Source: Patescibacteria group bacterium
Lineage (GTDB): Bacteria > Patescibacteriota > Dojkabacteria > GCA-002793355
NCBI GenBank assembly: GCA_016860985.1
Contig: BOKM01000001.1
Location: 92,185 to 156,184, forward strand
Reading direction: 5' to 3'
Length of the DNA: 64,000 nucleotides
The notes beneath the pieces were generated by a model. The model searched no databases and was not told where the DNA came from. It saw nothing but the letters and a program-made list of their open reading frames with translations. Each line of letters starts with the position of its first letter. Positions within the stretch are counted from its first letter, which is position 1. The position numbers were made by a program, and so were the translations under genes. Shown here one piece after another: positions 57,843-64,000 of the stretch.

Positions 57843-57961
57843 AATCTTCCTTTTTATTAAAATTCTCTCTTTCATTCCGTTTTTAGAAAAATTCGGTTCA
57901 TGACCGTAACTAAAAAGAACTGGTTTCTTTTTAGTAGGGAATGAGAGAATTTTAATGAAAA

Positions 57962-58048
57962 CGGAGAGGGAGGGATTCGAACCCTCGATACGGAAAACCG
58001 TATGCTACTTTTCGAGAGTAGTGCCATCAACCACTCAGCCACCTCTCC
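57962..58048 (-). tRNA. tRNA-Ser (anticodon CGA) with a long variable arm; no CCA is encoded
   Basis: The acceptor stem is GGAGAGG/CCUCUCC. The D-stem has 3 bp. The anticodon loop is CUCGAAA. The 18-nt variable arm forms a hairpin. The T-arm is GAGGG-UUCGAAU-CCCUC. Confidence 0.85.
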
Positions 58049-58131
58049 GTATTTCTCCCGTATTATAGTATGCCTACAGATATCCGTCTATCACTCGTTG
58101 CACGATTAAAAACTTCAGAGTACAGTATTTT

Positions 58132-58764
58132 ATGAACAATGTTAGAACACTTCTTCCACCTCTTTTTCAAGATTTTGGACCATCTTCGTCACTAGAAACC
58201 GCGATTGCCGAAAATAGATGGATTGCGACTGTAAACTTATGGATTTTGCAGACAGAGCCTGTCCCTTCGATTCTCTATCAACAACGAAGCATGAATAAAA
58301 GTTGGGCTCCAGGCAAACTTGATGTCGTAGCAGGCGGAAAAGTAGACGAGGGGGAGTCACTCATTGAAACATTATTACGGGAAACCAAAGAAGAGATCGG
58401 GCTCGATGTTCCGCCTTCGGCGTGTACATACATTGGAAAACGGCTTCATGTTGGCGAAACGCAGTATGGATTTCAAAATACCGTATTAAACCTTTACTTC
58501 ACAGTATACAACCAACCCCTTTCTGAATATGTTCTACAGAAAGAAGAAGTCGCTGGAATTTATAACCTTGATATTGATCTGCTTCTTAAACTACATCGTG
58601 GAGAGCTGGAGAGTTTTTGGGCAACAGGCCTGGATGATAGTGGTAGTGAATCTAAAATCAACATTACACCAGCATTGTTCCCTGAAAATTGGGATAACTA
58701 CCACCAAAAGATTGCAGAACTAGCCAAAAAGTATTTTGAAGGTGTAGCAGATATAGTGTATTAG
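58132..58764 (+). CDS. NUDIX hydrolase
   Basis: The Nudix box is GGKVDEGESLIETLLRETKEEIGLDV. Confidence 0.8.
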   Translation: MNNVRTLLPPLFQDFGPSSSLETAIAENRWIATVNLWILQTEPVPSILYQQRSMNKSWAPGKLDVVAGGKVDEGESLIETLLRETKEEIGLDVPPSACTYIGKRLHVGETQYGFQNTVLNLYFTVYNQPLSEYVLQKEEVAGIYNLDIDLLLKLHRGELESFWATGLDDSGSESKINITPALFPENWDNYHQKIAELAKKYFEGVADIVY

Positions 58765-58797
58765 TACCCTTTTACACACACTTATTTGCGAGTATAA

Positions 58798-59394
58798 TTG
58801 TTCATGAATAGAAATGATTTTATCGTTGCACTTCAGCAACAACTTGAACCAAATATAGTTCGCCATTCTTTCGCAGTAGAAGCGTGTATGGAGGGTATAT
58901 ATGACTATCTTCAGTCACAAGGTCGTATCACAGCCTCAGAACCAGATAAAGCTGATTGGCTACTCGCAGGGCTCATCCATGATTGCGACTTCGGTGGAGA
59001 ATTCAAAGCAGAACACCCAGCACACACACGTGATATGTTAAAAAAATACAATCTCGAAATTTCTGATACTGTTCTCAATATCGTCAAAGCACATGCACCT
59101 GAACTTACTGGTTATGCACCCCAAAATCTTGCCGAATGGTCAATCTTTTGTGTTGACAGCTTAACTGGTTTAATAACTGCAGTAGCGTATGTTTACCCCT
59201 CAAGAAAGATTGCAGACGTAAAAGTATCATCTGTGCTAAAACGATTCTTAAAAGAACCAAAATTTGCTGCAGGAACACGAAGAAACGAAGTGGCAATGTG
59301 TGAAAAAGCAGACGGGCTTAACATTCCTCTTGAAAAGTTCATAGAAATCTCGCTAACATCGATGCAAAGAATAGCTCCAGCTCTAGAGTTATAA
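58798..59394 (+). CDS. HD-domain phosphohydrolase
   Basis: The H...HD metal motif is present (HSFAVEAC...GLIHDCDFGG). Confidence 0.55.
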   Translation: MFMNRNDFIVALQQQLEPNIVRHSFAVEACMEGIYDYLQSQGRITASEPDKADWLLAGLIHDCDFGGEFKAEHPAHTRDMLKKYNLEISDTVLNIVKAHAPELTGYAPQNLAEWSIFCVDSLTGLITAVAYVYPSRKIADVKVSSVLKRFLKEPKFAAGTRRNEVAMCEKADGLNIPLEKFIEISLTSMQRIAPALEL

Positions 59395-59408
59395 GCAAGC
59401 TCACAAAA

Positions 59409-59481
59409 AGCTCTCGTAGTCTAATCGGATAAAACACTAGCTTCCGGAGCTGGATTTGTGGGTTCGAGTCCCGCCGAGAGC
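59409..59481 (+). tRNA. tRNA-Arg (anticodon CCG); no CCA is encoded
   Basis: The acceptor stem is GCUCUCG/CGAGAGC. The anticodon stem-loop is CUAGC-UUCCGGA-GCUGG. The T-arm is GUGGG-UUCGAGU-CCCGC. There is one non-canonical pair in the D-stem. Confidence 0.7.
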
Positions 59482-59528
59482 ATATTGTATCTGGTATATG
59501 ATTTAGACAGACAGATACGATATGCATA

Positions 59529-59647
59529 CAACGAGGGATTCGAAACGTGAGTGAGACAACAACAATTTGTTGTCGAAAGAACCGGGGGTCGAGGAGCGAG
59601 CGTTTTCAGAGCAAAGGAATGAAAATGCCGCGAGGTGACCGAGTCCC
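59529..59647. repeat. Copy B of the ~115-bp tRNA-trailer-associated element
   Basis: It aligns to the reverse complement of 57729-57842. It contains a perfect 8-bp hairpin (gacaacaa-caat-ttgttgtc). Confidence 0.6.
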
Positions 59648-59660
59648 GCCGAGAGCATAT
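59640..59660 (+). repeat. 21-bp perfect direct duplicate of the tRNA-Arg(CCG) 3' end (cgagtcccgccgagagcatat); att-like
   Basis: It is identical to 59464-59484, which runs from the tRNA T-loop to 3 nt past the 3' end. Confidence 0.6.
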
Positions 59661-59672
59661 ATAACAAAATCC

Positions 59673-60740
59673 TTAAACCAAGAACATATTAATCAATTTC
59701 TGAAAGAGATTGTTGTTGTTCATATACTGATCAAAGATAATGTGTTCAATTCCAGCATTTTGGGCAAATTGTGAATCGACTTCACTATCACCGAAATAGA
59801 TGAATTCTTTTGGAGGAATTCCTATTCTGTTGATTAAGTCGGACAAACAATAGGGATTCGGTTTTTTGTACCCTGCGTCAGCACAAGAAATTATCTCGTC
59901 AAAATAGGCGGAGATTCCATTGTACTCAAGTACTTTATTGAGTAATACTTTTGAACGATTGGTACAAATATACAATTTACGACCACGCTGCTTGAGCAGC
60001 TGTAACATTTCGATAACACCATCAAAAAGCTTCATTCTCTGAATATTCTCCTGCTGAATGACCTTATCGTAGGCAAGCAATTTTTTGATATCTGCCTTAA
60101 TTCCAAGATCCTTTAAAATAGTCACATATAAATCTTCAATCGCCATACCTCTTACGGAGTCATGTATCTGACAGATTAAATCAAAGTCGGCTGCAGGTAC
60201 TTGCGAGGTTATGGAGCGTGCAATTGTTTCTCCGCAGAATTTCCTTCCATCGACCAACGTATCATCTAAATCGAAGACAAAGGCACGCTTTGGAGCACTA
60301 CGTTCCTGGTCATTTTGGGCGTTTGAGGCGTTAGCTTCATCGCCATCAGTAAAAAAATATCCTAGTGGTTTTCCAACAATAACTGCGATTTGCTCCAATC
60401 GCTCAACCGAAAGTGGTACAGCACCAAGTTCATAACGACTAACCATTACTTCGGTGCATTTTAAGCGATCAGATAACTGTTTTTGCGTGAGTCCGACCTC
60501 TTGCCTTGCTAATTTTACTTTTTCTCCAATTGACAACTTCATCGATGAATTATACATCCCATTACTAGTACTGCCAATATGTGCACTGTCGTGTATGGCT
60601 AGGATATGATACGATTCTGATATGGAACTCCCAATTTCGCATAAAATAGTTTCGCAGCTCACACGTGTTGAGTACTTACTTGCAACACTCCCCAGAGGTA
60701 TTGATTTTGACTCATTTCTAAAAAAGCAGTCTAAAGACAA
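59673..60740 (-). CDS. Fusion protein: XRE-family HTH DNA-binding domain plus a HAD-superfamily phosphatase domain; the probable start is the internal MKLSIGEK, about nt 60542
   Basis: The HTH is KVKLARQEVGLTQKQLSDRLKCTEVMVSRYELG. HAD motif I is FVFDLDDTLVDG. HAD motif IV is GDSEVDSQFAQNAG. Confidence 0.6.
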   Translation of the reverse strand: MSLDCFFRNESKSIPLGSVASKYSTRVSCETILCEIGSSISESYHILAIHDSAHIGSTSNGMYNSSMKLSIGEKVKLARQEVGLTQKQLSDRLKCTEVMVSRYELGAVPLSVERLEQIAVIVGKPLGYFFTDGDEANASNAQNDQERSAPKRAFVFDLDDTLVDGRKFCGETIARSITSQVPAADFDLICQIHDSVRGMAIEDLYVTILKDLGIKADIKKLLAYDKVIQQENIQRMKLFDGVIEMLQLLKQRGRKLYICTNRSKVLLNKVLEYNGISAYFDEIISCADAGYKKPNPYCLSDLINRIGIPPKEFIYFGDSEVDSQFAQNAGIEHIIFDQYMNNNNLFQKLINMFLV

Positions 60741-61683
60741 TCAAACGACTGATGTACTCACACTTGCTGCCACAACAGATTACACGATAGACGAGGAAAC
60801 TGCACGCATGTTACTGGAATCAAAAACTGGTTTTCCCACACAACAGAATTTCAGGTTTCTCTTCAACTGCATTACAGTCCTTCATTCTGCGCGAAACCTT
60901 CGAGAGAACGCTTTTAACTCTGCCCTTTTGCAACAATACAACAAACTCATTTCAGATGGATTTACTGACTTTTGGGAAGAAGGTAAAGTTCGAGCTGCAC
61001 ATGAGACCCCTGCCACAACATACGACAGTTTACGGAATAAGCCTCCACATTTTGAGTATCAAATGTGGATTGATGTGCGACAGACGCTCAGTTACTCGGA
61101 ATCAATTATTCATCCACTTCTCTCTGCCGCTTCAACACTTTACCATCTTATTTACAGCTACCCATTTTTGCAGTTTAATCTTCAAACAGCACTTCTGAGT
61201 ACAAATGCTAACGTTCGCCCTTCTCGCTACTATGCATCAGGAACGGTCTCAACAATAAAAGCTGCATGGAATACCCTTCATCGTACTGATTTTACATTCT
61301 CACCTGCCCCACACCACTTCACCCAATTCAGTGAGAGATTTATAGATGAATACTTGTCACAACTTGAAAGCATCCACGACACACTTACACACAGGACCTC
61401 ACTCCCAAGTCACATCAGAACATCGCTAAACGACAGGCAATTAAAAATTCTCTCTTATTTCAAACAATACAAAAAGATTACACGAAAGAAGTACGCGAAA
61501 ACGATGAAGGTTGCGATTGCTACCGCATTCAGAGATCTTAATGACTTAGCCTCAAAAGGGCTTATTGCGACCGTTGGAAAAGGAAGAGCAACAAGCTATA
61601 TTCTCCCAAACCAAACAGAAGCAGAACTCCGCCAAGAAACTATGCCACAAAGAGAAGTTATCGCTACTGTAATCGACGACTAG
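60622..61683 (+). CDS. Fic/DOC-like protein with a degenerate active-site motif and a C-terminal winged HTH
   Basis: The position equivalent to HPFx(D/E)GNGR reads IHPLLSAASTLYHLI. The C-terminus (LNDRQLKILSYF...RDLNDLASKGLIATVGKGRATSYIL) matches the Fic-associated wHTH. Confidence 0.45.
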   Translation: MELPISHKIVSQLTRVEYLLATLPRGIDFDSFLKKQSKDNQTTDVLTLAATTDYTIDEETARMLLESKTGFPTQQNFRFLFNCITVLHSARNLRENAFNSALLQQYNKLISDGFTDFWEEGKVRAAHETPATTYDSLRNKPPHFEYQMWIDVRQTLSYSESIIHPLLSAASTLYHLIYSYPFLQFNLQTALLSTNANVRPSRYYASGTVSTIKAAWNTLHRTDFTFSPAPHHFTQFSERFIDEYLSQLESIHDTLTHRTSLPSHIRTSLNDRQLKILSYFKQYKKITRKKYAKTMKVAIATAFRDLNDLASKGLIATVGKGRATSYILPNQTEAELRQETMPQREVIATVIDD

Positions 61684-63230
61684 TTGCTACCAGAGGTTAA
61701 GCGGGCCAAGATCAGCTTGTCTACTTGCTGTGGATTGGCCTTTCCTTGCAATTCTTTCATAGCCTGACCAATCAGGAACTTATACGCATTAGGGTTCTTC
61801 TGCATATCTGCAACTACTTTGGGGTTTGAAGCTACTACTTTTTCAACAACTGCTTGAATTGCCGATTCATCGTTTACCATTTCCAAACCATTCTCACGGA
61901 TATATGTTTCAGGATCAATTCCAGATTCAAACATTGCGACAACCACCTGCTTTGCGCTCGGAGCGGAGATCTTCGAACTTTTGAGCAATTGGACAAGCGC
62001 AACGAGCTGTTTTGGCTGTATTTTCAACTGAGAGAGTTTAGATTTTGACGCTTTCATTAGCGCAACAACTTCTCCTACAAACCATTTTCCAACTGCGACG
62101 ATTACTTCTTTGTCTTCAACTCCCTCAATTGCTTTTTCAAACCACTCAGCTTTTGCTTTGGTTGCGGTCAGCGTTTCTGCAAGGGCTGCATCCACACCAT
62201 AATCATTTATATAGCGTGCTTTTTTCTCTGACGGCAGTTCACCAAGTGTCTGCCGAAGCTCCTGAATCTCTTTTTCTGTATAAATAATTGGCGGAATATC
62301 AGGCTCAGGAAAGTAGCGATAATCATTTGCTTCTTCTTTTACACGCTGAGAATACGTTACTCCTGACAAATCACGCAAGCCACGAGTTTCCTGTACAGGG
62401 ATCTCTCCCTTTTCGAGTATCTCTTGCTGCCTGTTGTATTCATAGGTAATAACTTTTTCTAAAACAGAAATTGAGCCGATGTTTTTGACCTCAACCTTAT
62501 ATTTCGGAAGTGACGTTTCGCCAGTTTTACGTAAAGACATGTTCAGCTCAAAGCGCATTTGCCCCTTCTCCATATCCGCATCACTTACGCCGATATATTT
62601 CACAATTTGCTTTAAGCGCTTTGCGAACGATAGCACTTCTTTAACATCAGAAAAATCGGGTTCTGTAACAACTTCGACAAGAGGGACCCCTGACTTATTA
62701 AAGTCCAGCAAGGTTTTTGTCTCAGAATGAATTGATTTTCCAGTATCTTCTTCCATATGTACCCTGGTAATTCGGATTTGTTTCTCACGAGAACCGGACA
62801 AATCTATATTCACATTTCCTTCGTATCCAAACGGCAAATCGTACTGAGAAATCTGATAGGCCTTTGGGAGGTCTGGATAAAAATAGTTCTTTCTATCAAA
62901 CTTTGAAAACATATTGATATTGCAGCCGAGTGCCAAAGAGAGTCTAATGCATTGCTCAATTGCTTTCTTGTTTGGAACTGGCAGCGCACCTGGCAACCCT
63001 AAACAAACCGGACACACGTGACTATTCGGGGCTGCGTTAAAATACTTTGCATCACATCTACAAAACATTTTTGACTTCGTTTTTGCCTGAATGTGAATCT
63101 CAAGCCCAATGACTATTTCGTATTTCATATTATTTTGCAATTCTCGTTTGATATATATATGCAGTATCGAGTACCAACTGCTCTGCGAACTGTGGACCAA
63201 AAATCTGCATTCCAATTGGTAGGTTTTCAT
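61680..63230 (-). CDS. gatB: Asp/Glu-tRNA amidotransferase subunit B; the probable start is the internal MKYEIVIGLEIH, about nt 63128
   Basis: The motif YEIVIGLEIHIQ is present. The Cys cluster reads FCRCD...CPVCLGLPG. A C-terminal YqeY-like tail is present. Confidence 0.9.
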   Translation of the reverse strand: MKTYQLECRFLVHSSQSSWYSILHIYIKRELQNNMKYEIVIGLEIHIQAKTKSKMFCRCDAKYFNAAPNSHVCPVCLGLPGALPVPNKKAIEQCIRLSLALGCNINMFSKFDRKNYFYPDLPKAYQISQYDLPFGYEGNVNIDLSGSREKQIRITRVHMEEDTGKSIHSETKTLLDFNKSGVPLVEVVTEPDFSDVKEVLSFAKRLKQIVKYIGVSDADMEKGQMRFELNMSLRKTGETSLPKYKVEVKNIGSISVLEKVITYEYNRQQEILEKGEIPVQETRGLRDLSGVTYSQRVKEEANDYRYFPEPDIPPIIYTEKEIQELRQTLGELPSEKKARYINDYGVDAALAETLTATKAKAEWFEKAIEGVEDKEVIVAVGKWFVGEVVALMKASKSKLSQLKIQPKQLVALVQLLKSSKISAPSAKQVVVAMFESGIDPETYIRENGLEMVNDESAIQAVVEKVVASNPKVVADMQKNPNAYKFLIGQAMKELQGKANPQQVDKLILARLTSGSN

Positions 63231-64000
63231 TGTTTACACCAACCGGGACTGAAATGCAGGGTAGTCCTGCAAGGGCGCTAGATTCGGTCAACATATCAGC
63301 GAGCTCTCCGAATAGTGGGTTATTTTTAGTTACACCCTGCTCAGGAGCAACGGTAGGCATTGTTGGTCCAATAATTACATCTACTTGCTTAAAGGCGTTA
63401 GCGAAATCTTGGATAATTAGCGTTCTAACTTTTTGTGCTTTCTTGTAATATGCATCGTAGTATCCTGCGGAAAGTGCGTAAGCTCCTGTCATACTTCGCT
63501 GCTTCGCTTCGTTTCCAAAACCTTCTCCTCTATTGTATGCAATTTGATCGAGTACCGATTCTGCTTTCTTTTCTGATACATGTCCATATCGAATTCCGTC
63601 AATTCTGGCCAAATTCGAAGATACCTCACTTCTACATACGATGGTATACACCGCAACTGCATATTTTGGATCAAGTAAATCAATATCGACAAGTGTTGCA
63701 CCAAGTTTTTCATATTCTGCCAGCATTTCACGCACACGCGCACTCACCTGAGGGTCAATCCGTTCATCCAAAAACTGCTTCGGAATCCCTATCTTCAAGC
63801 CCGTGTGGTCGGCAGAAAGAGCCTTTCTATACTCCACTTTTTCAACTGGAATTGTTGTTGCATCGTGTGAATCCTTTCCGGCAATAATATCGGTTACCAG
63901 CGCACAATCTTCGACACAATTTGCGAGAACCCCTGGTCGGTCAAGCGAGGATCCCATTGCAACGACTCCATAACGGCTGTTACGCCCATACGTAGGTGCA
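63130..64000 (-). CDS. gatA: Asp/Glu-tRNA amidotransferase subunit A, C-terminal part; the gene continues beyond the right edge of the window
   Basis: The frame stays open upstream of the ORF-track Met (…PTYGRNSRYGVVAMGSSLDRPG), which matches the amidase-signature region. The stop abuts the gatB start. Confidence 0.85.
   Translation of the reverse strand, partial: APTYGRNSRYGVVAMGSSLDRPGVLANCVEDCALVTDIIAGKDSHDATTIPVEKVEYRKALSADHTGLKIGIPKQFLDERIDPQVSARVREMLAEYEKLGATLVDIDLLDPKYAVAVYTIVCRSEVSSNLARIDGIRYGHVSEKKAESVLDQIAYNRGEGFGNEAKQRSMTGAYALSAGYYDAYYKKAQKVRTLIIQDFANAFKQVDVIIGPTMPTVAPEQGVTKNNPLFGELADMLTESSALAGLPCISVPVGVNNENLPIGMQIFGPQFAEQLVLDTAYIYQTRIAK

Noticed and set aside
60542-60740. Apparent 119-nt overlap of the divergent ORFs 59673-60740 (-) and 60622-61683 (+)
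   Set aside because: The XRE HTH begins at an internal Met (MKLSIGEK), about nt 60542. The upstream 66 codons have no domain content. Using the internal start removes the overlap and leaves a normal ~80-bp divergent promoter region.
1-64000. CRISPR arrays, IS elements/transposases, integrases, rRNA genes
   Set aside because: There are no regularly spaced direct repeats. No DDE/HUH transposase or tyrosine/serine recombinase motifs are visible in any sizeable ORF. There is no rRNA-like sequence.

Overview
This 64-kb window reads as a compact, gene-dense bacterial chromosome segment with about 92% coding, many 1-10 nt gene overlaps, and no rRNA genes or CRISPR array. The gene content points to an organism with a Gram-positive-type, sortase-bearing envelope and a reduced genome; it is consistent with a Patescibacteria/Saccharibacteria-like epibiont, but that is an inference and not proven. 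Most of the window is housekeeping. It contains a reduced dcw cluster (mraZ-rsmH-ftsL-ftsI-mraY) and class A and class B PBPs. It also contains recG, pheS-pheT, rplT-rpmI-infC-thrS, clpP-tig, gatA(partial)-gatB, obg, ruvC-yebC, def, a rhomboid protease, a DEAD-box helicase, a class II photolyase, speH, and a PduO-type adenosyltransferase. Three tRNAs are present: Ser-CGA, Arg-CCG and Arg-CCU. Several modules look accessory. The first is a 1.9-kb cassette carrying tRNA-Ser, a NUDIX gene, an HD-domain gene and tRNA-Arg. It is bracketed by a ~115-bp imperfect inverted repeat and carries a 21-bp direct duplicate of the tRNA-Arg 3' end, which resembles an integration site. It sits beside a stand-alone SpoT-like alarmone hydrolase, an NDT-like gene and a GIY-YIG gene. 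The second is a cell-surface cluster with a sortase, a substrate with an atypical LPDSSG sorting signal, a dockerin-repeat protein and a cohesin-like protein. The third is a membrane-anchored ATPase of the VirB4/TraG/FtsK clade beside a tandem pair of paralogous unknown proteins. The fourth is a divergent pair: an XRE-HTH/HAD fusion and a Fic-like protein with a degenerate active-site motif. The fifth is an ECF sigma factor with an anti-sigma-like protein that has a very large extracytoplasmic domain. The sixth is an HMA-domain permease with a cupredoxin-like partner. All calls rest on motif-level reading of the ORF translations; no database searches were run.
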